The position numbers were made by a program, and so were the translations under genes. From the IMG/VR virus record IMGVR_UViG_3300031963_000006, positions 1-64,000 of that record: DNA of 64,000 nucleotides; one strand, given 5' to 3'. Positions 39,378 through 50,212 of this stretch are shown here, in pieces; position 1 is the first letter of the stretch; every line of letters begins with the position of its first letter. The notes beneath the pieces were generated by a model that had not been told where the DNA came from, did not search any database, and saw only the letters and a list, made by a program, of their open reading frames with translations.

Positions 39378-41156
39378 ATGTTTAAAAGTGTAAATATATT
39401 AAAATCAGTTAGCCCCGAAGGAGTTTTTCAATTAAATAAAACTTCATTTGATGACATTTTAAAAAATTCACATTCTAAAATTACATTACAGTTACCGATT
39501 GGAAATGAACTTCATAACTTAGAATTAAACAAATCAGAATTATTTGGGTCTAATTTTTATAGAACTTATAGCTCATCTCAAATCTCACAAAGAAATTTGG
39601 GGTCTCACTATAAAGGTAAATTAAGTGGATTTGAAAATTCATCGGTTGCTGTTTCATTCACTGAATTGGGGGTTGTAGGTTTAATTTTGGATGGTGAAAA
39701 TCAATATGAAATTTCCCCATTTGGTACTGATTCATATAAAGTTTTACCAGTCGAGGGTGTACATGAATTTGAATGTGGGGCCGGTCTTTCCCCGGACTAC
39801 GACGAGGAAAAAAAGAACTCGTTAGAAAACAATCTCAGGTTAAGTTCCAATGGGGATATTTTAATGAAATCCCCAACCGCAACAACAAGATGTCTTAATG
39901 TTTATTGGGAGGCGGATACGGACATATATGACACGCTAGGAGTAAACTCAGAATCATATTTAGCATCACTATTTAACGCGGTACAATTATTATTTTCTAA
40001 TGATGGTATACAAATTTATTTATCTGATTTATTCGTAAATTCAGGAACTTCATTTTACTATCCAACCATTCCATATAATCAAATTGGTACTTTGGATATG
40101 TTATATGAATTTGAGGTGGTTAGACCGACATTTAATGGGGATGCCGCGCAACTTTTTTCATTTAACAAAGGGTATGGTGGAGGAGTTGCTTGGGTTGATG
40201 CGTTATGCGCAAGGCCATACGCTTTTTGTTGGATAACATCGTCATTCCAACAACCAATGACATATAGTTGGACCGTGGCGGCTACAACACATGAACATGG
40301 ACACACGTTCGGTTCACCACACACATTTTCTTGTAGCTGGAATACGAATAATTTTCAACCTGGAGACAATCCCCGAGGTTGCTCAAGAATTGATAGTTGT
40401 AGAATTGAATGTACCGCAATTTTGAGCTCTGGTTGCACTGTGGCTCAACAAAATCCAGGATATGGAACTTGTAGTATAACATCTTCATCAAATTGTGGAG
40501 CATGTTGCGCTCCCAATTATTGTTGTGGAGTCCCTGGAAGTCCGGCTCAAGGTGGAACAATTATGAGTTATTGTCACCAAGTTTCGGTAGGTACTAATCT
40601 GAACTTAGGTTTCGGACCACAACCTAGACAAAGAATGCTCGATGCAATCAATAGCCTACCTTCAACTTGTATAGAATGTTTGGGCCCACCACCTGAAGAA
40701 ACTCTAACACCAACACCAACTCTCACTAAAACACCCACCCCGACACCATCAATAGGTACCAGTCCTAATCCTACCCCAACTCAAACTATAACACCTACTA
40801 AAACAATAACTAACACACCAACTTTAACTAAAACTCCAACACAAACTAAAACACCAACAATAACTAAAACTTTAACACCTAGTATAACCCCAACAATAAC
40901 CAGCACACAAGTCAATAATAATTGTCAGTATTGTTTGAGTTTACATCCATGTACAGTTAATAGGTTTTTTTGGCAATGTTGTGAGCCGTATGATAGTTTT
41001 AGAGTTTATCTAATACCTTTTGATGTTTCAGAGACTCTAGTAAATGGAAATACATATTATGTAGAAGCCGTTGGTTTTTCAGGATGTGCCGTGTATGATG
41101 TAACATTAACAAATGCGGATTTTTCATATGAATATATAAACATTATAACTCCTTAA
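39378..41156 (+). CDS. reprolysin-like (M12B) zinc metalloprotease with prodomain, Thr/Pro stalk and C-terminal CC module
   Basis: HEHGHTFGSPH at 40290-40322, Met-turn GTIMSYC, GGVAWVDALC, and prodomain HYKGKLSG...VAVS and FECG. Confidence 0.88.
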   Translation: MFKSVNILKSVSPEGVFQLNKTSFDDILKNSHSKITLQLPIGNELHNLELNKSELFGSNFYRTYSSSQISQRNLGSHYKGKLSGFENSSVAVSFTELGVVGLILDGENQYEISPFGTDSYKVLPVEGVHEFECGAGLSPDYDEEKKNSLENNLRLSSNGDILMKSPTATTRCLNVYWEADTDIYDTLGVNSESYLASLFNAVQLLFSNDGIQIYLSDLFVNSGTSFYYPTIPYNQIGTLDMLYEFEVVRPTFNGDAAQLFSFNKGYGGGVAWVDALCARPYAFCWITSSFQQPMTYSWTVAATTHEHGHTFGSPHTFSCSWNTNNFQPGDNPRGCSRIDSCRIECTAILSSGCTVAQQNPGYGTCSITSSSNCGACCAPNYCCGVPGSPAQGGTIMSYCHQVSVGTNLNLGFGPQPRQRMLDAINSLPSTCIECLGPPPEETLTPTPTLTKTPTPTPSIGTSPNPTPTQTITPTKTITNTPTLTKTPTQTKTPTITKTLTPSITPTITSTQVNNNCQYCLSLHPCTVNRFFWQCCEPYDSFRVYLIPFDVSETLVNGNTYYVEAVGFSGCAVYDVTLTNADFSYEYINIITP

Positions 41157-41172
41157 AAAGTATATATAAAAT

Positions 41173-43191
41173 ATGAAACATTTAAGTCTACATAAAAGTT
41201 TTACAAATGATGGTGTTTTTGAATTAAATTTAAATACAATAACCTCACTTAAAACTCAAACTAATGAAAGAATTTATCTGTCTTTACCTATAGATGGGAT
41301 TGAAAAACAAGTTGAAATATATAGAACAAATATTGGGTCCGATGATTTTAAAGTTGTAAATGAATTAGGTCAAATTTTATCGTATGATTCAGGAATTCAC
41401 TACGGTGGTCGGGTCATTGGCTCTGAAAAATCATTTGTTGCATTATCTTTTAGTGATGACGGAATTATCGGAATAGTTCAAGATAATACTAAAGAGTATG
41501 GGTTTACCAAAATAGATGAAAATTTTCATAGACTTCATGAAACGATTAATGATAACGAAGGGTTTGAATGTGGATGTGAATTACTATCACATAATAATAA
41601 TTTACAGGAATTAAAATTATCCCCAAAAACTTTAACGTTACCATATGCTTCTAAATGTATTAATATACGATGGGAAGCGGATTATGATGTGATACAACAA
41701 TTTGGTGGAACGGGTCCGGCCATAACATGGTTGACCGCACTTTTTAATGCACAAAAACAACTTTATGCTAATGATAATATTCAGGTTAATTTAGCCTTAT
41801 TATTCTTATGGGAAAATGGTCCTTCAGGTTTTGTTGTGGGAACAACAGATGTTATACTAGATGCCTATGTAAATTATAGAAATGCAAATGGTGGCATTGC
41901 CGAGAATTGTGGTATGCTACTGAGTTTTGGAACTTCTCCAACAAGCAATTCAGGTGCGGGTATCGCATATGTGGGGGCTCTTTGTGGTCCCAACAAATAT
42001 GGTTATACACAATTAAAAAGAGGAGATTCTACAGGAACTCCTAGTTCTACTGTATATAGTAGAAGTGTTAAAGTAGTTACTCACGAGCAAGGTCACTTAT
42101 TAGGTTCAAGACATACTTTTAGATGTAATTGGAATACCGCTTGGGTATATGGAGATACTACTTTTGGTGCTGAGGCCATTGACGGGACTTCCACGGTAGA
42201 GGTACCTCCAGGAGTTCCTGCGTGTGCTCAACTACCAATACCACCCGGATTTCAAGGAACTATAATGAGTTATGGAGACAGTGCAGGAACCGCTCCGATA
42301 AATTTCGCATTAGGGTTTGGTCCAATACCTAGACAAAGAATGTATGACTTCATTAATAACAATTTTGCGTGTTTAACATGTCAGGCGGTTCCATTTGAAA
42401 CCCCAACACCAACTCCAACAACAATTACTCAAACTCCAACACCAACTCCAACCAAAACACCAACACAAACCCCCACAAAAACTCCAACTAAAACAAATAC
42501 ACCAACTGTAACTCCAACCAAAACATCTACTCCAACACCAACTAAAACTATAAACGCAACACCTGACCCCACTCAAACTCCAACTATAACTAAAACAGTA
42601 ACAAATACAAATACTCAAACCACCACCGTAACACCCACCAATTGTTGTAGTAGATTTACATTAACTTCAGGAGTAAACGACACTGGAGGTAGTACATTTA
42701 ATGTAATTTCATGTAATGGAATCCCGCAAACAACGACTGTACCTCAAGGAACTTCAATAGATATTAATTGCGCATCCACAGTAACATTAACTTCAGGAAC
42801 AGGAACATTTGTAAGATATCCTGGTTGTGTTTGCACAAGTCCAACCCCAACTAAAACTAACACCCCTACAGTAACCCCAACTACCACGATAAATCAAAGT
42901 CCTCAACCGACCCCTACACCAACAGCAACACCAACGGCTACACCTCTTAGGGGAGATTGTGCTTATTGTATAAGTATTTATCCTTGTTCCGTTAGTAAAT
43001 ATTTTACCAGTTGTTGTGAACCATTTGAAAACATTAGAATATTTTTAATACCAGCAAATGTCGCCGACACATTAATAGATGGTGAATCATACTATGTTGA
43101 GGCTGAAGGTTTTTCTAATTGTGCTATTTATAATGAAAGTATAACAACCGCTCAGAATTCGTATAAATATATAAGTATAACCCCTAATTGA
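41173..43191 (+). CDS. reprolysin-like (M12B) zinc metalloprotease paralog 2
   Basis: [11 protein letters not shown] at 42082-42114, [16 protein letters not shown], prodomain HYGGRVIG and FECG; Thr/Pro stalk; CCEPF C-terminus. Confidence 0.88.
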   Translation: MKHLSLHKSFTNDGVFELNLNTITSLKTQTNERIYLSLPIDGIEKQVEIYRTNIGSDDFKVVNELGQILSYDSGIHYGGRVIGSEKSFVALSFSDDGIIGIVQDNTKEYGFTKIDENFHRLHETINDNEGFECGCELLSHNNNLQELKLSPKTLTLPYASKCINIRWEADYDVIQQFGGTGPAITWLTALFNAQKQLYANDNIQVNLALLFLWENGPSGFVVGTTDVILDAYVNYRNANGGIAENCGMLLSFGTSPTSNSGAGIAYVGALCGPNKYGYTQLKRGDSTGTPSSTVYSRSVKVVTHEQGHLLGSRHTFRCNWNTAWVYGDTTFGAEAIDGTSTVEVPPGVPACAQLPIPPGFQGTIMSYGDSAGTAPINFALGFGPIPRQRMYDFINNNFACLTCQAVPFETPTPTPTTITQTPTPTPTKTPTQTPTKTPTKTNTPTVTPTKTSTPTPTKTINATPDPTQTPTITKTVTNTNTQTTTVTPTNCCSRFTLTSGVNDTGGSTFNVISCNGIPQTTTVPQGTSIDINCASTVTLTSGTGTFVRYPGCVCTSPTPTKTNTPTVTPTTTINQSPQPTPTPTATPTATPLRGDCAYCISIYPCSVSKYFTSCCEPFENIRIFLIPANVADTLIDGESYYVEAEGFSNCAIYNESITTAQNSYKYISITPN

Positions 43192-43202
43192 TGATTTAGT
43201 AT

Positions 43203-46200
43203 ATGAAACAATTGAATTTACTCAGAAATATTAATTTAGATAATTCATTTGAAATTGATGTGTCGGAATTAAGGACTGTATCATCACAGAAATTTGATAC
43301 AATGACTATGTCAATTCCGTTAGGGGGTATTAATAAAAACGTTATTCTAAAAAAAGTTAATATATTTTCTGAGAATTTTACGGTCACTACATCTGATGGA
43401 GAAAATATCGAATGGGATTTGGGTGAACATTATAGAGGAGAAATCGAAGGAGAAGAAAATTCTTTTTGTTCTTTAAGTTTCACAAATAATGAAATATATG
43501 GACATATCGTAACGACTGGCTCAACATATGATATAAATTTTGTCTCAGGCTCAACATACAGAACATCAAGTGTAAATGAAGAAAATCCTATAAATTTTAC
43601 ATGTCATCATGAACCTAAAGAAGGTCAAACATATTCAAATCCATATAACCCTTCTTTAAATACAAAAAAAAACACCGGTCTTAAAACATTAAATCCTTAT
43701 GTTGCAGACCAGGCAACTAAATTGGTAAAAATAGATTGGGTAGTTGATTATGACATACGACTTTTGAAAGGTGCAAATACAGTTTCGTATATAACTTCAA
43801 TTTTTAATGCAACAAAAACTTTATATGAAAACGACGGGATTTTTGTCGTACTTAATTTTTTACACATTTTTACCACATCATATTCACCGTATAGAACAAC
43901 ACCTCTCACGGTACCTATCAATGACGGGTGCGGGTATGGTTCCTGTTCTATGGTTTTATTGTTGTTTAATTTCAGATATAGTTTAGGTAACGGAATTTAT
44001 CCCGCAGGAACTAGCGCGGCTAATTTTTCCGGTGATTTAAAACATTTGTTAACCGCTACTTTTCCAACAACCTCTTTCTCAAATCCTGCTAATAAAATAC
44101 AAGGACTGGCCGATGGTATACAGGTTTTGTGTAACCCAATATCTTCTGATTATACCGTAGTAATTGATGGTCAAGAATATTTGGCGACAAGTACTAATTC
44201 ACCAGTATGTTTCAGTCAAATTGATGTAAATGCAACCGCTAACTCAACAACATATTCATCTACAGTACAAGTAATTACACACGAACAAGGTCATTTAATG
44301 GGTTCAAATCATACCCACGGATGTTACTGGAACACAACCAATTTTGTACCCGGAGGTAACCCAATTGGTTGTAACAGAATTGATAGTTGTGTTACTTTTG
44401 AAACTTATACTTTTTTAGGTTGTCCATCATCAGTTCAAACTGTTTTTGAAATTGTAAATGGTGTGTGTCCTTTTCCGGGCACCCCACCCAACAGTGGTGG
44501 TACCATAATGAGTTATTGTGGTTTAGTCGGAGGAGGAAGTCAACTTTTTACAAACGGATTCGGCCCCCAACCACAACAAAGAATTGTAAATTTCATTAAT
44601 TCATTATCTTGTTTACAGTCGCTAGACACCACACCAACCCCAACTCCTACTTTAACCTTAACCCCGACCAAAACCCCGACATCTACTCCGACTAAGACAA
44701 TCAATGCCACCCCAAACCCAACTCAAACTTCTACAATAACAAAAACATCAACTGTAACTCCCACTAAATCTGTAGGAGTTAGCCCAAACCCAACCACCAC
44801 ACCGACAATAACTCCAACAAATACCGTTACAAGAACTAAAACTAAAACACCAATTTCAACAAATACCACAACACCAACAATAACTCCCACTAATGGTGAT
44901 GATTGTAAAAACTGTACAGACCAACACCCATGTATAACACAAACTCCGACAGTAACTCCAACTCAGCCATGTGATACCGTGATATCACAACCATCAACAA
45001 GTCCATTATTTAATATTGGTTTATCTAAATATAATAACTCAGGGTATACTAACATTGGAACCAGATTTTACTCATACGGATTTCAATTAGGAGGAAGTGG
45101 TTCGACATATTATTTTTCAAACACAAATGATGTATGGAAAAGTACCGACAGTACAAATGGTCCCTTAAACAGAAGTGGTATTTGGTCATTATCTACATTT
45201 CCGTCTAATACTTGGTTGGGATTTTCTTTTTGTATTGATGTTGTTGATTTTGCTAATTTTTATTACGTTGGTTTTGGTGCGGATAATGCCTTTAGATTGA
45301 CTATAGATGGTATCGAAACTATTAACACACTGTTGGGTGGTTATAACAATAGTACTTTGACATTTAGTAATTGGCATGTATATCAGATTCCACTATACCC
45401 TGGTCATCACGTATTGAACGTTTATGGTCTAAATCTATCACAAACAACATCAGGTGTTTTTGGATGTGAAATTTATCAAAATACACTTGATGAATTAACA
45501 GGAGCAACCTCACCCAATAACTTAAACATTATTTTTTCGACTAGCTCTTATTCCGAATCAAATGCCGAAATAATACAATCATCAACTGGTTTACAATTGA
45601 ATAGTGGATATACTTGTCCTTCTGGTTTTGTTTATGAATCGTGTACGGGTGATTGTGTAAGATTCATATCATGTCCACAACCAACTTTGACTCCAACCAC
45701 AACAAACACACCAACTAAAACTAACACAATAAATTTTGTAGGTGTTACACCCACTAAGACACCTACCCCAACTAAATGTTGTTCAACATATATACTTTCA
45801 TCAAGTCCTTCAGATGTTACAGGTTCAACATTTACAATAGTACGATGCGTTGGTAATTTGTTTTTAACTCTACCAGTACCTGTTGGACAATCTCAAACTA
45901 TAACATGTTCATATAATGCAACTTTAATAAATGGATTAGGTTCGATAACACAATTACCTGGTTGTGATTGTAACACGGTTACCCCAACACCAACCCCAAC
46001 CACTATAGAAGATTTGGGCCCCTGCTTCAATCGTTGGATACCAACCTATACGTTCCCTTTTAACCAAAATCAACAAACTGTATTTACCGGTTTTACACAA
46101 GGAATTTTTGTTGAGATGGTACTTTCTGGTTCGGTTGAAATTGCAACCTACAACGGTAATCCTCCAAGTTGTGACGTTATTAGAAGTTTTAATCCTTATA

Positions 46201-49200
46201 CTTTAACCGCATTAAAGCAAGTTTATGCGGGTGGAATTGGGCAAAGTATTTTTAAACAACCAACAGCCCAAAGTGCTTTTGTTATAACATTTAATTTTGG
46301 TCAACCAATTAACGAAGTTACATTAGTTATAGGAGGTTCTGGAACATACGATTTCGGAGGTGGCAACGAAGTTTTTATAATAACAACAAATACTGAAATT
46401 CCAACAATTACATCAAGTATAAATTGTTATACCACAATTAATAACAACCAAATTCTTTCAGGTGCAAATATAGTACCACCACCTGTAGGTTCAGGTACCG
46501 GAGGTGGGTTATTCACTATAAATTGTATTACGGATTATACAACTTTAGTAATATCTGGTGCCGGTGGGTATGATGGGTCTGAAATTTCTATTTGTGAAAT
46601 TTATGTACCAGGTACAACTAGAACCCCAACCCCAACCATCACACGTACAAAAACACCAACTATAACTCCAACCACATCTTTTGGTTTTGTCCCAACTTCT
46701 ACACCCACTATAACACAAACAAAAACCAACACAAATACTTCGACACAAACAAAAACCAACACCCCGACAAAAACACAGACTAAAACACCCGGTTTACCAC
46801 AAAGTCCGACTCCAACACCAACTAATTGTTGTTCTAATTTTCAAATATCACTATTACAAGGATTTAATAGTGCGATTTACAATGTCAGCTCATGTCAAGG
46901 ACAATCAGGAACTTTTACATACACAGGTTTATCCTTTATAACAATAGAATGTGCAACAAACGTTACAAATGTAAGCGGAGCGTCTATTGTTAGGTTACCA
47001 GGATGTGGATGCCCAACACCAACCCCTACTCCAACACTAACTCCAACACCTGTTACACAATGTTCTAATTTAGTTTGGCCTGACCCAACAATAGTTGTGA
47101 ATGGAATAACAATAACTGTTAATAGAACAGGAAATACTTATTTATTAATACAACCACCATCAAATGACAGACCAATTTGTGGTACTGGAATATCAATACA
47201 ATATCCATCGTTATCTTTGGGTAGTGGGTTAAATGGGATAGGTGTTACAGGTCCTCCATCCTTTTTCTCAAATTGGACAGTTAGTTTAACTTTTAGTCAA
47301 CCAATTACAAGTATAACAATCGCATTAAGAGGTGCCGGATGTACATGTCAGTATTCACCAAATGACCCTGAAAATTTCCTATTTACCACAAATACAGGTA
47401 TACCAACAATCAACCCTATCTTAATTTGTAATGGGGTTGTTACAGGTAATGAAATTATATTACACAGTACGGCGCCAATTTGGGAAGGTGGGGTTACTGG
47501 TGACGGAATTTTTGAAATTAAGAACTGTTTAGGGTTTACAAATTTAACAATTACAGGGGACGGAGGTTATTTAGGAACTGCAATAGGAATTTGTGACACA
47601 TCAATTAACCCAAATCAATGTATTACTCCAACACCAACTCAAACAAAAACACCAACTCAAACAAAAACACCTACTGTTACACCAACTTCAGGAGGGGAAA
47701 TTAATCCTTGTCCGTCAATTTTATTACTCCAAAGACAAGAATCTTTTGGTGAATTTTATGTATCATTTTATGACTTTGATTTGAACACCACATATACTTT
47801 GGATGTGCCAAACATAGATGATTTTGTACAAGATATTGCATATACTTTCGATAAACTTTGGACAGTAAAGCCGGCAATTGCCCCTTTTGACCCAAATCCT
47901 GTTGTTGGTTTCAGAGAATGGAATATAACATGGAACCCTTTTGTTGCTACCTATAATAGAGATATACTATATCCTGGTCCGTATATTCCTGGTGATAATG
48001 TAATTTTTGGATTGGGTTTATTTGCAATTAATAATACTACTTTGATAAGCTCATCGGGTTATGATAGTTTTCCAGAGAGAATTATTGAAGTTGATATATC
48101 AACAAATCAAACGGTAATTACCCAAAAAATGGCTCTCCCATCTATGACACAAGCGAGTGGAGACATTTATCTAAGGTCGGATAATTTATTATTTGTTGGT
48201 ACCAAAAATTTCAGTACCGGAGTTTTAGGAGTCAATGTGTATAATTACCTATCAACGTCGAATACTCCCGTATATTCAATTTCGATTCCAATAGGTACTC
48301 CAGGTACGCCTTTCGGAAGCTCGATAGCGGCAATATTTGAATGGGATAATGAGATGTACGTTATGAGAACTCAATCCAATCCAGATAAAACGGAAACTTA
48401 TAGGTTAAATTTAACCCCTCCTGGTAGTGCCGAATATGTAGGTGTATTTAGTAATCTATTCAACGTATTCGGAGGTTCAAGTATAGTTAATTGCCCTACC
48501 CCAACCCCAACTCCTACACTAACATCAACCCCAACAAAAACTACTACCCCAACTCCAACACCAACTAGAACCTTACTAAGTAGTTTATGTTCCGGTCGAT
48601 TTATTGCTCCAACAACATATAACGGTGTTAATGTTACATTCGCATCAACTGGGGACATACAGACTATTTTATCTCCATCGGCGTTATTACCATCTTGTGG
48701 CCAAATGAATTGGAATGGTATACCGGCCTATCTTTGCGGGGCCTCAAGTAATTCTACTTCGACTCCTACAAGTAGTTTTTCACTAACATTTAATTTTAGT
48801 TTATCTGTTAATAACGTATCAATAGTTCTAAACGGTGCTGGATGGGGAGGAAATGAAAATTTTGTATTCACTACTGACACAGGTATCCCAACAATTTCAA
48901 GTACATTTAATTGTTATTCAACAATAATTGGAAACCAAATTATTTCAGGGGCTGGAGCTCCATCAACTCCACCTAATGGGCCTACAGGAGGCGCCGGTGT
49001 TTTCATAATAAATAATACAAACCCATATACATCACTCACAATAACAGGTGCGGGAGGTTATGACGGAACCTATTTAAATATTTGTGATTTTAATGTAGAA
49101 CAAATCACTCAAACCCCAACCCCAACTAAAACTCAAACACCAACTGTGAGTCAAACAGTAACACCTACTAAAACACAAACTCAAACTAACACTACGACTG

Positions 49201-50120
49201 TTACACCAACTAAGACAAACACTATGACACCTACGAGTTCAATTGGTGCAACACCACCTAGTACACAAACCCCTACATCAACATCAACACCAACAGTTAC
49301 CCAAACACAAACAAACACCAAAACAAATACCGTAACACAAACCAAGACTCCAACACAAACCATCGGGATTACCCCTTCAAATACTCAAACTACGACTCCT
49401 ACAGTAACTAATACAAATACAAATACTAAAACTCAAACTCCTACTAAAACTAAAACACCTACTCAAACCTCAACACCAACAACAACTTTACCAAAAACTC
49501 CTGACCAAACATTAACACCAACAACCACTCCAACTGTAACTAAAACCAAAACTCAAACACCATCTAATACAACAACTCAAACTCAGACTCCATCATCATC
49601 TGGACCTTGCCGAGCCCCTCAAGTTTTGTCAACAATCAGAACTGCCACTAGAATTTATAATGGATGCACTTGTATTGACCCAATTACAAGAGGGTGTAAT
49701 GAAACCTTCGGGAATTGTAGCAACTGTCCGGTCGGAAGTACTCAAGGGTGTTCACCTAATTGTGCTTGTTTTTCAAATTTAATAAACATCGGAACAGTTG
49801 GGAATGATTATAACGATAACGCAGGTTGTTCGTGGTATTCGGATTTTATGAATTTTACTAATAGGGCGGTACTACCTGTTGAAATTAAAGTAGAGGGTAA
49901 TATTACTAACTGGACTCAATTACAAGTCGGGATGAGAGTCTATCCAGGTAATCAATCACCTAACAACCCATGTGGTCAGGCGGCAGTTCGTAATTATTGG
50001 GTTAGTTCAAATTCGTTATTAAATTATTATAGCGATTTAGAAGGTCCTCCGGTAATTGTTCGAGTTCAAACAATCAATGGAATTAATCAAATAACATCAA
50101 TTTGGCAATGCACGGGTTAA
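43203..50120 (+). CDS. giant (2305 aa) M12B metalloprotease with PA14-like, repeated beta-sandwich, propeller-like and Cys-rich modules on Thr/Pro linkers
   Basis: HEQGHLMGSNH at 44280-44312, GTIMSYC, prodomain HYRGEIEG and FTCH; multiple TPT tracts. Confidence 0.85.
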   Translation: MKQLNLLRNINLDNSFEIDVSELRTVSSQKFDTMTMSIPLGGINKNVILKKVNIFSENFTVTTSDGENIEWDLGEHYRGEIEGEENSFCSLSFTNNEIYGHIVTTGSTYDINFVSGSTYRTSSVNEENPINFTCHHEPKEGQTYSNPYNPSLNTKKNTGLKTLNPYVADQATKLVKIDWVVDYDIRLLKGANTVSYITSIFNATKTLYENDGIFVVLNFLHIFTTSYSPYRTTPLTVPINDGCGYGSCSMVLLLFNFRYSLGNGIYPAGTSAANFSGDLKHLLTATFPTTSFSNPANKIQGLADGIQVLCNPISSDYTVVIDGQEYLATSTNSPVCFSQIDVNATANSTTYSSTVQVITHEQGHLMGSNHTHGCYWNTTNFVPGGNPIGCNRIDSCVTFETYTFLGCPSSVQTVFEIVNGVCPFPGTPPNSGGTIMSYCGLVGGGSQLFTNGFGPQPQQRIVNFINSLSCLQSLDTTPTPTPTLTLTPTKTPTSTPTKTINATPNPTQTSTITKTSTVTPTKSVGVSPNPTTTPTITPTNTVTRTKTKTPISTNTTTPTITPTNGDDCKNCTDQHPCITQTPTVTPTQPCDTVISQPSTSPLFNIGLSKYNNSGYTNIGTRFYSYGFQLGGSGSTYYFSNTNDVWKSTDSTNGPLNRSGIWSLSTFPSNTWLGFSFCIDVVDFANFYYVGFGADNAFRLTIDGIETINTLLGGYNNSTLTFSNWHVYQIPLYPGHHVLNVYGLNLSQTTSGVFGCEIYQNTLDELTGATSPNNLNIIFSTSSYSESNAEIIQSSTGLQLNSGYTCPSGFVYESCTGDCVRFISCPQPTLTPTTTNTPTKTNTINFVGVTPTKTPTPTKCCSTYILSSSPSDVTGSTFTIVRCVGNLFLTLPVPVGQSQTITCSYNATLINGLGSITQLPGCDCNTVTPTPTPTTIEDLGPCFNRWIPTYTFPFNQNQQTVFTGFTQGIFVEMVLSGSVEIATYNGNPPSCDVIRSFNPYTLTALKQVYAGGIGQSIFKQPTAQSAFVITFNFGQPINEVTLVIGGSGTYDFGGGNEVFIITTNTEIPTITSSINCYTTINNNQILSGANIVPPPVGSGTGGGLFTINCITDYTTLVISGAGGYDGSEISICEIYVPGTTRTPTPTITRTKTPTITPTTSFGFVPTSTPTITQTKTNTNTSTQTKTNTPTKTQTKTPGLPQSPTPTPTNCCSNFQISLLQGFNSAIYNVSSCQGQSGTFTYTGLSFITIECATNVTNVSGASIVRLPGCGCPTPTPTPTLTPTPVTQCSNLVWPDPTIVVNGITITVNRTGNTYLLIQPPSNDRPICGTGISIQYPSLSLGSGLNGIGVTGPPSFFSNWTVSLTFSQPITSITIALRGAGCTCQYSPNDPENFLFTTNTGIPTINPILICNGVVTGNEIILHSTAPIWEGGVTGDGIFEIKNCLGFTNLTITGDGGYLGTAIGICDTSINPNQCITPTPTQTKTPTQTKTPTVTPTSGGEINPCPSILLLQRQESFGEFYVSFYDFDLNTTYTLDVPNIDDFVQDIAYTFDKLWTVKPAIAPFDPNPVVGFREWNITWNPFVATYNRDILYPGPYIPGDNVIFGLGLFAINNTTLISSSGYDSFPERIIEVDISTNQTVITQKMALPSMTQASGDIYLRSDNLLFVGTKNFSTGVLGVNVYNYLSTSNTPVYSISIPIGTPGTPFGSSIAAIFEWDNEMYVMRTQSNPDKTETYRLNLTPPGSAEYVGVFSNLFNVFGGSSIVNCPTPTPTPTLTSTPTKTTTPTPTPTRTLLSSLCSGRFIAPTTYNGVNVTFASTGDIQTILSPSALLPSCGQMNWNGIPAYLCGASSNSTSTPTSSFSLTFNFSLSVNNVSIVLNGAGWGGNENFVFTTDTGIPTISSTFNCYSTIIGNQIISGAGAPSTPPNGPTGGAGVFIINNTNPYTSLTITGAGGYDGTYLNICDFNVEQITQTPTPTKTQTPTVSQTVTPTKTQTQTNTTTVTPTKTNTMTPTSSIGATPPSTQTPTSTSTPTVTQTQTNTKTNTVTQTKTPTQTIGITPSNTQTTTPTVTNTNTNTKTQTPTKTKTPTQTSTPTTTLPKTPDQTLTPTTTPTVTKTKTQTPSNTTTQTQTPSSSGPCRAPQVLSTIRTATRIYNGCTCIDPITRGCNETFGNCSNCPVGSTQGCSPNCACFSNLINIGTVGNDYNDNAGCSWYSDFMNFTNRAVLPVEIKVEGNITNWTQLQVGMRVYPGNQSPNNPCGQAAVRNYWVSSNSLLNYYSDLEGPPVIVRVQTINGINQITSIWQCTG

Positions 50121-50176
50121 ATGTTATTTTGTATCGTAGGTAATAAAAACTTCTTTTATTTAAATTAAATCTTATC

Positions 50177-50183
50177 TATTTAT
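50177..50183 (+). promoter_or_regulatory. TATTTAT motif upstream of 50213
   Basis: CTATTTATA ends about 29 nt before the ATG; the spacing and AAGGATGTCC start context match those at 59093. Confidence 0.4.
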
Positions 50184-50212
50184 ATTTAAAAGTATAAGAT
50201 TAATTATTAAGG

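Noticed and set aside
37651-43191. Diversity-generating retroelement acting on the repeated C-terminal modules
   Set aside because: No reverse transcriptase in the window, and the copies differ throughout rather than only at adenines.
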